A DNA stretch of 64,000 nucleotides, from assembly GCF_009914755.1 (NCBI RefSeq), contig NC_060929.1; one strand, 5' to 3'. This DNA is from the human T2T-CHM13v2.0 reference genome, Homo sapiens. The notes beneath the pieces were generated by a model, which did not search any database, was not told the DNA's origin, and saw only the letters and a list, made by a program, of their open reading frames with translations. The translations under genes and the position numbers were made by a program. The stretch's first letter is position 1, and the number at the start of each line of letters is the position of its first letter. This document shows positions 1-12,981 of the stretch, one piece after another.

Positions 1-89
1 ATAGACTAGTGATGTCTGCCCAGCACCAGGAGCCAGAAGAGGCAATACATGTACCACATATTCACCATCTCCCTTCTCATTCAAAATCC

Positions 90-1030
90 AATTGTAAACC
101 ACATAGAAGTGCTAAAAAAAATAAATGTAGGTGAATATTTATCTGACACTAGAATGGAAAAGGACTTTGTAAGCATAAAAAGAATGGAGGAAATCAGAAA
201 GAAAACGTCTAAATGAAAATCTTACATAAGAAGAGATAAAAAAATTAAAGATGAAAACAGAAAAAGCATTTTCCCACAAATATGACAAAGATGTTACATA
301 CTTAATCTCTTAAGTGCCTTTATGAAAAATTAAGAAATTGCTAATAATCCTATTAAAAATGATCAAAGAACATGGAGAGATGATTCTTAAAGAAGAATTA
401 TCAGTGGTTCAAAATCTGACAACTGTGGATATTCATATTCACAGAAATAATTAGGGCACTCCTGATATAGCATATTTTGCACAACAAATTAGAGAAGATT
501 TAAAAAATACTTTGTCCAATGCTGGCAAAAGTAGAACAAATGGATACTTTTTATATGTTGCTTTGGAAATATAAATTAGTGTTACGTTTTGGAGGAATTC
601 TTAGAAATATTTTCAGTAATTCATTTATAGGACTCTTAAGATAATATTTTAAAATGTGGGCAAAATTGGTGGTACAAGAATAATAATCACACAGAGTTTT
701 ATAATAAGAAAATTTGTGAAAAAAATCTAAAAGTCCAACACCAGGGGAATGTGTAAATAAATTTTGATTTCATTCCACAGTAAAGCTTTAAGTGATCCTT
801 AAAAATGTTTTAAAATAGCCTTTTATAACTTGGGAAAATGTTCACAATATAAACTGTGCAGAATGAATTTACACATCCCAATTGTGGGTTTTATTATATA
901 TTATATTATATTTTTATCCAATATAACACTAAATTATATTATTTCATATCATATAAAATGTTACATAAATAACATATTCACAAATAGTGGCTATTTTTGG
1001 TTGTGTGATTATGAGTGACTTTTATTTTCC
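90..1030 (+). mobile_element. Ancient L1 (L1ME/MC-like) 3' fragment
   Basis: A-rich decayed L1 ORF2-end and 3'UTR motifs, e.g. 'aaaaatgatcaaagaacatggagaga' and 'aaaagtccaacaccaggggaatg'. Confidence 0.55.
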
Positions 1031-1870
1031 TCATTATATTATTTTCCCAGTAAAAAAAATATATGGTTATTATATTTGGTTATTATAACCAAGTTACAGA
1101 ATAATACAGTTACTATTTTTTTAAAGAAATTTAAATCCAGATTAAAACTGTTAAATGAAACTTTCTTCAAGAAAACCAGTTGTAGGAAAAAAGTCCTAGA
1201 GCATGCTGGTCCAGAACACAGAATCTGTAGTGACACAAACCTTTGTTACTTTTAACAGCGTGAGCCTGAGCAAGTCAGTTGATCTATGCCTCAGTTTTCT
1301 CATCTGTGAAATGGGGATAATAACAGCCTCTAATCATAAGACAGCCACGAATCTTAAGTAAGAGACATTGTTAAGTTTCTAGTAGCTTGCCTGGAATACG
1401 TGGTCTTCAAATACTGATAACTAGCTAGTCTGAAGGGAGCTGGAAACCAGCTTTGAATGGATTGGTCTTGGCCAGTAAAAGTGGCTGCAGCACCCTTGGG
1501 TCCTTATACTCCAAACAAACATGGCCGTGCTTTGTGCAAATCCAGGTGGCTTTGCATTTGGCTAAAGCATCCTTGTGACCCAGAGTTTCCTGAAAGGATC
1601 ATAAGTGTCATTTTGTAAACCATCATTCCATGTGGCCATGGAGACTCATCAGCGAGACACGGGGGCTGCCAGCTCTGATAACAGAGATCAGTACTTAACA
1701 TGCATGCATCATCTCCAATTCACACAGACACAGCCAAGCAAGTACCATGTGCATTTTACAGATGTAGATCATAAGGCTCAGAGAACTTCAGAAACACCCA
1801 AGGTCTCAGAGCTGTTCAGTGCAAGAATTCACACCCAGACCCATCTGATGTCAAAGCCTACACTTCCCCA

Positions 1871-1872
<2 letters not shown>

Positions 1873-1911
<39 letters not shown>
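1873..1911 (+). repeat. (AC)19 microsatellite
   Basis: Perfect dinucleotide run read directly. Confidence 0.97.
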
Positions 1912-1916
<5 letters not shown>

Positions 1917-3069
1917 AGCTCTTAGCCTCAGGATGTCTCTGAAAAAGCGCTGAGCAGACAAGGAGGGAGGCAGCCCCCAAGCAGTGGCCAAGCCATCAGT
2001 GGGTAAAGAGAGAAGAGACAACAATATCCTTCCTTTCCTCCATTCTAAAAGCAGGAACGTGTTCCTTGCTTCTCCTGTTCGCAGCTAGAGACCAAACCCC
2101 ACTCTGCCTCTCAGGAGAAGTGGTCATACCCTGTCACTTCTGGTTCTTTGGAACAAAAGCTGCCTAGGTCAGAGGTGAGGACACAGCTCTGCAAAGCCTG
2201 ACTTCAAGAATAATAGCACCAGAAGAAAAAAACGTGAAGTACCTGAAGAAGAGCAGTAACATTAGCAGAAATCATTGCTGTCCAAAATAATTTGCAGCTT
2301 CTCTTGATGTTAACCAGCTGGAGTTGTAGTTACCCCAGGTTTTTAAGTCACAATTGTGAATTAAAAAAATTATAACAAGGAAGACAGCTAACATGTTTTC
2401 CACATTTAATTTACTGTGCTAAACATAATATAGCTTCTAAAATTCCTAACAAAGACCCAGTCCCCTGAGAATGAATTTTACTATCCTGATTGCCCCAAAT
2501 GATTCACGAATAAAGTATGAGTACTTATGCTCCAGGTTAGCAAGGAAGTGAGAAGCTGCAGCAAAGGATGACAACACCAAAGGCCTGAGAGGAAGGGGCT
2601 ATAGCCAAAACGGTGGGTGGGGGAGGAGGCTGAGTGTTCCACTGGAAGAAACATCAACTGGGGTGTCTGCTCAGGGCTTGGGAAATGTTCCAGAGCCTGG
2701 CTGAAGGAGGAGCTTGTGGGCCACCCTGACAGGGTCTGTAACTCTTTGGCTCTCAAATTTCTAGACCAGCACTTCTGATTCCCACCCGGACATACCTTAC
2801 TGCAAGATACCTTGCATGTACCTTAATGATTCTTGCTAGAATTTCAGATGTCTGGTAAAGTCTTTTGATTTTTAACCTAAGCCTAATAAAATGCTTTTTT
2901 AAATAATAGTACATTTGAGATAACAATAACTAATATACATTGGGCATTTACCTTAATAAGTTTTACATGTTTCAGCTGTTAAATTCTCCCAACCCTTACT
3001 GATGAAGAAAATCCAGCACAAAGAGGTTAAGTAATTTGCCCCGGGTCTTCTTTTCTGAAGGAATAAAGA

Positions 3070-3228
3070 AATAGCTCTCCAAAGTTAAAATGCAGATACT
3101 GTGCCCCACCCTAGGGTTTTCGATTCAATAAAGCTAGGGTGGGTCCTGTAGATTTGCATTTCTTATAAGTTCCAGGGTGATGCTGATGCTGCTGGTCCGG
3201 GGACTAAACTTTGAGAACCAATGGTCTA
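3070..3228. mobile_element. MER5A-like hAT-Charlie DNA transposon
   Basis: 'ttgcatttcttataagttccagggtgatgctgatgctgctggtccggggactaaactttgagaacca' matches the MER5A end. Confidence 0.75.
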
Positions 3229-3230
3229 GA

Positions 3231-3462
3231 CCAGGGATCAGCAAGTTTTTATCACTATTAAAGGGCCAGATAGTAAATGTTTTTGCTATCTTGTATAATT
3301 TGCAGGATGAAAGGTAAAATCGAGGATATTATATGAGTACTTATATACCCATCTAAAATGTAACCACTTAAAAATGTAAAATCCATTCCTAGCTATCAGG
3401 CTGTACAAAACAGATGGCACGCTGAATTTGGCTTATGGACTGTAGTTGCCTGGCCCCTCATC
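3231..3462. mobile_element. MER58-like hAT-Charlie DNA transposon
   Basis: Starts 'cagggatcagcaag...aaagggccagatagtaaat' and ends 'ggactgtagttgcctggcccct'. Confidence 0.7.
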
Positions 3463-3850
3463 TAGACACTAGACCAATTTCTGGTCTTGATCCCAACTGC
3501 CCCCTGACCCCACAACTGTTTTCTTGCTTTTCCTGAGGTCCCAGCTACCTAATGGCCTAATCGGGGAAGTACACCTTAGCTTCAAGCTGCTGGAAAGGTC
3601 AATGAATGTCCAGCACGGACCATGAAATGCTCAGGACAGTGGTAGAACTGCCACTAAGGAAAGGAAACCTCTTCTATTGCTGGCTCCAAACCTCTGGTGC
3701 CCAGGAACATCCTGGTCACTATGAATCTGAAATGTTCCATGTTGATTGATGATGTTGGAAACTGATCATTTGTTTGATTTTTCCAGGGCCAGATAACATT
3801 AAAAGTGTTAAACACTAAACAACATTTAGTGTTGTTTTCTTTGAGAATAA

Positions 3851-4241
<391 letters not shown>

Positions 4242-5177
4242 TAAAACATAAAATTCTTGGCATATTTTCCATAACCCAAAAGTAGAAGTTCTGGTACTAA
4301 GGTTATTTTATATTTATCAGGAGTGGTCCATCAGAGGGTTTTGTATTCTGCAGAATTTTTGTGTTCATGGGCTTCCAATTCTGAAGGCATCCACTTTCAT
4401 CCCTGGTATTTACAAACAGGAAAAGAAAGCACAAGCCTCACACAGAAAGTAACCTCGACATTTCCCCAGGATGTTTACAGAATGGGCAGTGTGGAGAAGA
4501 CATTCCAATAATGATGCCTGACCACTGTCGGGTTTTTCAATAACAAGTCTGGGTTGTCCTTTCACTCACACACATTATGAAACATGTGAAGAATTCCCTG
4601 TGTTATTCCAGTTATAGGGAGCATGACTCAGAACCGGTCTCCATACTGTGATCTGCTGGGGAACAGCAGAGTAAGCCCTACTGCTTTTCTGAAGATTCCT
4701 AGAGAGTTCTGCAAAATGGATAAATCTGGCCTTCAATGGCTTCCAGCAAGTTCTAAACAGACTGTCAGCATCTTCCCCATGAGTTCAGTCTGCATAAAGG
4801 TTTTCATGCCTTTTCACTGTAAAAGCATCCTCCATCATGGTCCCTGGAATGGAAATAAAAAGTAGATGCCAGAACCAGCTGCCAACATGTGCACTTCTAC
4901 TTACTGAGAAAAACTGAGATCAAGGGAATGACAGAAAAGAAGGGGAAGGTATCAAACATCCCATGCAAGTACCTGCGTTCTGTTTGCTCTGGTCAGAATC
5001 TAATGGCCCTTGTTCTTGTTACTGTGCCATCTTTTACAAAAGGGCATCGATGTTGGGAAGCAGTGTGCTGTGGTTGACAGGCCCCTGTAAGATTGGAAGA
5101 ACTCCCTCTTCCAGGATCATCTCGAAAGGTGGTGACTCTATCAAATGTTAGGCATTCCCCTTCCCTAATTAAGTTTC

Positions 5178-5730
5178 CCAATCCCTTATCTGAAATGCTT
5201 GTGAGGCCAGATGTGTTTTGGAATTTGGAATTTTTGCAATTCTAAAAGAAATTTGGAAAGTCAAATGGTGGTTGCCAGGGGCTGGGGAAAGGGGAAAACG
5301 GGGAGTTGTCTGATAGGTACAGAGTTTCAGTTTAATAAGTAAAAAGAATTCTGGAGATTGGTTGCACAACAATGTGAATATACAAACACTATTGAACTGT
5401 ACCCTTAAAAGTGGTCAAGATAGTAAATGTTGTGTTATATGTATTTTACCACAATTTTTTAAAAAAGTCATTTAATTCATATATTCTATGCTTCCAAATA
5501 CCTGGGTATTTTCAGGGTAGTACTCTGAAATCAAACACATGGATATTTCTACAGTAAAATGTACAACTAGTCTCACTAACTGAGATTTACAAAATATCAT
5601 AAATAGCCTCATGTTAATTCAAGTCAGTTTTGCCACCAAGGGAGTTTGCTGAACATTCACTGAAAGACTTTTTATTTTCAGGGGGCTGTGGAATTTCGAA
5701 TTGCAGTTTTCAGGAACAGTGAGCCTGTAG
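5178..5730. mobile_element. MER46/Tigger4-like DNA transposon interrupted by an L1MB-type 3' end (~5255-5467, +)
   Basis: 'atcccttatctgaaatgcttg...gatgtgttttggaattt' on the left. The inner 'gtggttgccaggggctgggg...gaactgtacccttaaaagtggt...tattttaccacaat' is a classic L1M 3' terminus. Confidence 0.6.
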
Positions 5731-7084
5731 CTGTCACTCACCCACCCTACCTTTGCGCAACATTTTCATTACCCACAGTTTACAGAGGAGAAAATAGAAA
5801 CAAGAAGTAACAGTAGTAGGAAAGTAGTCATTTGCCCAAGGACAGCTAGCTAGTTGGGATCCAAACTGCCTGGTACCACTGTTAAGCCCTCACCTTAACT
5901 TCAGGCTACCCTGGGCACAGACAGGCTCACCCAACTACAGAATCTTAAAGAGGTCTCTTGAAGTTTTAAGGAAGATTGCCAGAAGATTCATCCCAATATA
6001 GGCACTAGTGGAAAGTGTGTGGGATGGGGCTACCTGGGGTCTTTGGTAATGGCCTCCCCATCTTAGAAGGCCATAACCCTGACCTCTAACCAGCCCCTGA
6101 TAAATACCCTTCTCCAAACCAGGAGCGAGAGTGGAAAAACTACTGCTCTGTGGCCGTTGGGACTGCCCTTTGATTTTTTTTTTTGTTTGTTTGGTTACTC
6201 AGGCATAAAGTACAGAATCTTGCCAATCAGGTGAGCTTTTCCAATGCTAATAGCCGCTTTAGGCTGGAACTGTTCTCAAGAAATGAAGGTATGCAAATTA
6301 AGTGTCTTTGATGCCTCCTGCATATTCCAGGGGAAATGAGACCAAAAGAGTTCTGAAGCCCCATGAAGAGCTAATGAGAAATGGCTTTCGGCTTTCACCT
6401 CTCATGTCATGGGTCACCTGCCCTATCCTTTGGTTAGGAATGTTCCCTACTTGCAGATACTGTATCAAAATTGATCTTCCTAACAGACCTGCATTTGCAA
6501 TGCCTGTCTTCTGCACATCAACATCAGTGCCATGGGAAACTCGCTATGTTGGTCAGTTTCCACATCGCAGCACTGTCCTGGCTGAGGAAGGACGGAGCCA
6601 GTCCTCAAGCCCTCAGCACAGCTGATCCTATTAGGAAGGAGCTGAAGAGCCAAGGCCAGTGTTCTGGAGGAGCTGGCACGAAGGCTGGTTTCCCGTGCAA
6701 TGTCTTTGAGAGGATGGCGTGGGGAGAAGATGCTTTACAGAAAATGAGCCCTCTGCCCTTTCTGGTGTCAATTTAGCAGTAGTAATTCCCTAAGAAATGC
6801 AGCCAGGGTGCTGGTCAGCTGCTGGTGGGGTTGACATTGACTCTATTCTTAGCACAACTTATCCAGCAAGGGAAAGCCTTTCGTTCGGAGGTGTTTGGAC
6901 TCCCTTGCTAGTTAGGTTAAACAAAGAGTTTAACCTCTCTGTTGACTGAGAGAATACCTCAGGCTTTCAACATGCTGCATTTAAAGAGAACAGGTAGAAC
7001 TTCCATAAATCCCTGAGTCATCACAGCTGAGCAAGCCATCTTTACATCCTGGAGCTGACAGTGTGTGACGTGACGAATGTTTAA

Positions 7085-7372
7085 ACACACATGTACACCC
7101 CACGCATCAACACACACTCCTTCACACACACATAAACACACACACATATAGGCAAACACACACACATTCTCCATACACACACACACACACTACGCACAGC
7201 CCCCACTGGGCTGAGTTTAGCTGAAATGCTAGGTCCTGAACTTAGAATAACAGCCCTGATGTATTTGACACTACTCAAATGCATGTGGAGTCTTTTTAAC
7301 CAAATACCACATTTCAGAAGAAACTATGTGTATGTGTATGTGCATGTGCATGCATGTGTGCATACGTGTGTG
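7085..7372. repeat. Degenerate CA-rich (7085-7196) and TG-rich (7327-7372) simple repeats
   Basis: Read directly. Confidence 0.8.
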
Positions 7373-8217
7373 GTCTCACACATCTGATGCCAGGATAAGG
7401 AGCCATGCCCTGAATAAGTAGGCACTCAAATCCGTCATACTCTCACCTCTCTCCCCGACAGATATTAGGGATCTTGTGTCCAGACTCGGTTTCTAGGACT
7501 GCCACTTCCTCCTTTCAATGTTCTGACCCGTGATGATGAGCTAGACACATCCACTCAGTCATGACCCTGAAGTTCTGCCGCCTCTTTAGGTCCTGACTGT
7601 CCCTTCTGGGTGAGAGGCAGAGTACCAGGAGCAGTGGGCCTGTGCTCCGAAGTTTGTGGCTGTTAGGGATGGGGCAAGGGTGTAAAGAAGGCAGAAGGCC
7701 TGGGAGGAGAAAGCACCTGAGAGCCAGATGTCAGGGTTACCAGAAAGATGGGTCAAGATCTTCACTTTTAGATGTGAGATGCCAGTGTGTACAAGCCCAC
7801 TTGATGGGCTTTAAACCACATTGGTGTGAATAAAGAATGTCAAGATTGCTTTGTTTCTAGATACTGCTGAATCGAAACAGAAAGACTCATAACTCACGAA
7901 AGTTAAGAGAATTCCAACCCCTTCATGTAACTGATGAGGAAAAGTAAGGGTGGGATTTATGTAACTTGCCCAAGTCAGGGAATGACAGAGGTGGTACCAG
8001 AACATAATTCTCCCAGTTTCCAGTCCATTTCTCTTTCAACTCTAACGTGAAGAACAGAGAAAAATATAAAACTCATTTGACTGTATATAAGCAAGACTAA
8101 AAAGAATAATAAATAATCATTGCTTTTCATCTATAGCAAATAATACAGCAGTCTCAGGTATATCATTAATGTGTATCAGATTCACCTCAATTTTTTGCAA
8201 GTAAAGCAACTCTAATC

Positions 8218-8937
8218 CCGGGGCCAGCTACATAATTTGTAGAATACAGTGCAAAATAAAAATGTAGGGCTCCGGCCTGGGGCAGGGAGGTTAGTCTTCC
8301 CCTTTGCTGAGGGGCCCACCACTCCAACCCACCACAGATGGGTGGTTCCCAAGGGATTGAAAACTCTGCACAGGGATGTGTGTGGTACCTGGATGACGGG
8401 GATGCGGGGGTGAGAGGTCCCCTGAGTCACTTGCCAAATGCCATCTTGGGATGGGGGGGATGATTGCTATGTCCCACTCCAAGACACTGCGGGCACGCAC
8501 CCAATCCTGACCCTCCCCATGTTTGCACCCAGGCTCCTACCAGGGGCATAGAGGGATAATGAAGAACAGGCCTCCCTGCTTTCATGTGACCTGGTCACTG
8601 CCCAAGACAGGCGGTCACAGTGGTAGCGGGATTGGAGCAGAAAGGGAGAGGCCAGGTGGGGCCAGGGAACCAAGGGGCCAGGGAGAAAGTGACAGAGAAC
8701 CCAACTCCAGAAGGCAGGATGTTGGCGAGAGGTGGACCGTGAGTGAGGCCACGTTCCAGGCCCCAGCTCGTGCTCCACTGTCTCCTCAGACTTCACTTAT
8801 AAAGCGGACATTCAAATATTAAAAACACTAAAAATTTCAAGACGCTACCTCAAAGCACTACACCCCAAGCATGGAACTCTTTCTAGTGTAAGGCCTTGTG
8901 TGGCCCCTCTAGTCACAGTCCCATGCAGCCAGCCCTG
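8218..8937. mobile_element. MER45-family (hAT-Tip100) DNA transposon
   Basis: Left end 'gggccagctacataatttgt...cagtgcaaaataaaaatgtagggc', right end 'cccatgcagccagccctg', GC-rich interior. Confidence 0.6.
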
Positions 8938-9054
8938 AAAAAACCTCACTGAGGTGTGTGTGTGCAGTTTCCTGCTGCACACACAGCGTAACTAAGTGCT
9001 CCTGGGTTGGCAGAAGGAAAGGAGCCCTGTGCCAGCAGGATGGCCAGTGGATGC

Positions 9055-9430
9055 TGTGTTCATCTGCTAGGGCTGCCATGACAAAGTGCCACAGACTGGC
9101 GGCCCAAACCACATAAACAGATTTTCCCACAGTTCTGAAGGTTGGAAGGCCTAGATAAGGTATCTGAAGGTTGGGTTTCTCCTGAGGCCTCTCTCCTTGG
9201 CTTGCAGATGGGGCTTTCTCTCTGTGTCCTCATGGGGGACTTTCCTCTGGACATGCTTGCGTCCAGATTTCTTCTTCTTATGAGGGCAAAGTCAAAGCCC
9301 ACTATAATGACCTTATTTTAATTTAATTAGGTCTTTAAGACCCTGTCTCCAAATACTGTCACATTCTGAGGTCCTGGGGGTCAGGGCTTCAACATACGGA
9401 TTTTGGGGAGGACACCATTTAGCTCATAAT
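9055..9430 (-). mobile_element. MLT1 (ERVL-MaLR) solo LTR
   Basis: 'ctagggctgccatgacaaagtgccacagactgg...cacattctgaggtcctggggg tcagggcttcaacata' is typical of MLT1A-C. Confidence 0.85.
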
Positions 9431-9453
9431 GGACACCACTTCTCAAGTGCTGA

Positions 9454-9769
<316 letters not shown>

Positions 9770-10459
9770 CCAAACCCACTTTTGTGGCTTATTTGGGGGG
9801 AACATTTCTAAACCTCCTAATTATATCAATTTCCTCTGCTATATACTCTTACAGCATTTGTCACAATGTTCATGCATACGATTTTGTGATTTTTTGTTTA
9901 AGTTCTTTTTCCACTAGACTGTAAGTCTCTGAGGGCAGGGTCTAATTTGACAGGTTCAGAGCTGTGTCCCTTAGTATCTGACAAATTAAAATTTCTTGAG
10001 GAAAAGGAGGTCAATCAATGACACACAAAGCAATGTAATTAAAGGTCTTAACTTTCTCATTTTTGGCTTACTGGCCCAAAAAGTGCCCTAGGGGATTCAT
10101 TAATCTGCCTTTGAAGAGGAAGATTAGAGCATAAAGTACATTGATAATTTCCTCAAACATCTGATGTCAAATCTAACAAGTAAACTTCCTTCCCCGTAAA
10201 AAAAAAAAAAAAAAAATGTGGTGATGTGTGAGACTTCCAGCTGCTGCACAGAAATGGGACACCACGGGGGTGGGAGTGTTTGTCTTCCCAAACATTGGCA
10301 TCAATCGAGCTGTGGGACAAATTCATAGTTAACATTAATTGCTGTCTAAGAACACATTTGCCTTGCCTCAGTGGCTCCCAGTGCTCTTGGAATGCTGAGA
10401 CCCTTGCCCCAGGTAAGACTGATATCTACTCATACCTGCAGCACCACACTGTAAACATA

Positions 10460-11100
10460 CCTCATTTACTCATGCAATTAATTAACAGACATTTATTAAA
10501 TGATTACTATGCATCGGACACTAGGCTTGATACTTAAAATACAAAGATGTGTCTACTGGTGGAAATAAGATCCAAGTTCAACAGGATAATCACTAATGAA
10601 GCTATAATTCACTCATTTACTCATTCATTCATTCATTCAACATTTACCAGATGCTCATGACTATGGCCAGCTCTGTCTTAGGCAACTGAAGGATACTGCA
10701 GAGAACAAAAGCGAGAAAGTATTTGCCTGGATTGAGCATATTTCTGGTTCATGGAAGACAGACAATAAACCAATACACAAATAAGCAGCTAAAATAACAT
10801 CGGGTGATGACAAGTGCTGTGAAAAAATAAAGTAGGATAAAGGGCTTACAAAGTGACGGAGGAAAAGCTATCTTAAACAGTGGTCAGGGAAGGCTTCTCT
10901 GGGTATTTTGAGTTCATTAGCATGAAAGGGTGAGCCATAAAGAAATTTGGGAGAGGAGTGTTCCAGGCAGAGAGAACAGCCAGGGCAAAGGCCCTGCAGT
11001 GAGCCCACTTCAAGGAACACTGGAGAGGCAGAAAAGGAAGGGGAGAGTGGTGGGAGATGAGGTGGATGATAACAAGGGGTCACATCAGAATGCAGATTGA
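10460..11100 (-). mobile_element. L2 fragments with (CATT)n end
   Basis: 'cattcattcattcattcaacattta' and 'gtggtcagggaaggcttctctg...gttccaggcagagagaacagc' are L2 3' motifs. Confidence 0.7.
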
Positions 11101-11554
11101 GCTCAAGAAACGGTGGGGGCCAGCAGGCCTCGGAGGCAGTCCAGGGTGGGGGAAGGCAGCACTATTCGAAATGAGACTGGAAGAATGCCAGAAATCTACT
11201 TAGTGGACTGGATGAGAATTTGTCCTCCCCCTGCCCACAGGAAACTAAAAACTATGTATGCTCTAGGCTCAGAGACAAGCACCCAGTTTGCTAGGATTGC
11301 TGTGGCCAATTGGCTGGGCCTCAGGGCCTCATCTTCCATATCATCCTCCAAGGCCCCTGCCTCTTTTGTATCTGCCAGAAAACACACCTGCTCCTCTCTA
11401 CCCAAGAGCTCTCTCAGGCCTCCATCTCTACATTTCTGCCTGCTTCAATATTTTGTTCACCCTTGTATCCTAATTACCCGGTGTCTGGCACAGTGTGAGT
11501 GTGGGAGCTCGCTGAGTAAATGAAATCACTTGCTTTCTTTTTCTATCTGCGTCT

Positions 11555-11630
11555 ATCCATCCATCCATCTATTCATCCATCCAACCATCCATCCATCCAT
11601 CCACCCACCCTTCTTTCCTTCTATCCATAC
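11555..11630 (+). repeat. (TCCA)n imperfect tetranucleotide repeat
   Basis: Read directly. Confidence 0.85.
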
Positions 11631-11919
11631 ATACATATATACATGATCTGCTTTTCTCCAAAATAAAGATTTTAAGTAGTCCTTTCATTTTTAACTACAC
11701 CCTCAGGCCACAAGTCACAACCCTTGCCACATCTTTGTCTCTGGTGCACATTCCTCTTTAGGAGTGAGGTAAGTTGCAACTACTGCTGGTTTGCAGGCCA
11801 TTCAGAACATACACTGAATTTCTCCAGGAAAGGGTGGCTATCCTCAGGGGTTAAACTGGCTCCATATAGGTAAAATAGAAGTATCTAATAAGCTATAAAA
11901 TGCATCACAGACAGTAAGT

Positions 11920-12610
11920 TCAATACTTCAGTTGAACATATTTAAGTTCCTGCCGTGGCCAGGAACTCTGACAGATCTTGGGAACACCCCTGGGCATAAG
12001 CAGACATAATTCCTGTCCCAACTGAGCTTCTTGTCTAGGGAAAGACATAGGCAGATACTCATCATATGATAGAGCCTGTGGTAGGGTATGAAGTAGGTAG
12101 TGTTCTAATGGAAGCCATGCATGGGTCTCACAGAATAAGTAGAAGTCACTCAGAAAAGCATTTGGGGAGAACACGTTTCAGGGAGAAGGAGTCTAAGGGC
12201 AAAGGGTAGCAGTGATGAAAAGCAAAGCTTCTTTAATGAATAAAAATGAGGTCAGGATGGCACCAGGCTATATTTGGAGTGACAAGAGAATGCGCTCCCA
12301 AAAGGTACTAAAAGAGCTGGGTCTTTATCCTAAGGGTAATGGGTTCACTGATAGGCTTTAGTCATGGGAAAGATATGATTTGATTTGTGTTTTGGAAATA
12401 TTTCTCTGACTTCTAATGGAAGACATCAAGGGCAGATAGACTAGTTAGAAGGCTGCTGCAATCATCCAAGTGAGAGGCGACAGATGCTGGGGCACAGTAA
12501 AGACACTGGGGAAAGGCAGACAATGTAGAAAGCTATTTGGGAAGGCAGAAATGACAAGACTTGGTAATAATGTGAGTTGGTTGAGGACACGGATTAAAGA
12601 AGGCCACCCT
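11920..12610 (-). mobile_element. L2 fragment
   Basis: 'gatatgatttgatttgtgttttggaaa' and 'agaaggctgctgcaatcatccaagtgagag' are L2 motifs. Confidence 0.6.
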
Positions 12611-12671
12611 CACCAGGGGTTTACTTGCCACATAGAGCTTTGAAGCTAGAAATTTTGTCATTTGTTTTGGG

Positions 12672-12981
12672 TTTTCTTTCTTTCATTTTTTTAAAAATGA
12701 AAGACAGGGTTTCACTGTCACCCAGACTGGAGTGCAGCAGCATGATTATAGCTCACTGCAGCCTCAATCTCCCAGCTCAAGCAATCCTTCTGCCTCAGCC
12801 TTCTGGGTAGCTGGGAGTACAGGTGTGAACCACCACTTCTGGCCAATTAAAAAAATTTTTTTTGGTAAAGATGATGTCTTGCTATGTAGCCCAGGCTGGT
12901 CTTGAACTCCTGGGGTCAGGTGATCCTCCCACATAGGCCTACCATAGCACTGGCATTGCAGGCATGAACTGCTGTACCCAG
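12672..12981 (-). mobile_element. AluJ
   Basis: 'agacagggtttcactgtcacccagactggagtgcag...atagctcactgcagcctc' is a diverged AluJ signature. Confidence 0.9.

Noticed and set aside
6914-6936. 9-bp inverted repeats (also 3812-3834)
   Set aside because: Short AT-rich arms are expected by chance in 64 kb.
8218-8937. GC-rich block resembling a promoter or CpG island
   Set aside because: Bounded by MER45-type transposon ends, so its composition is explained by the element.
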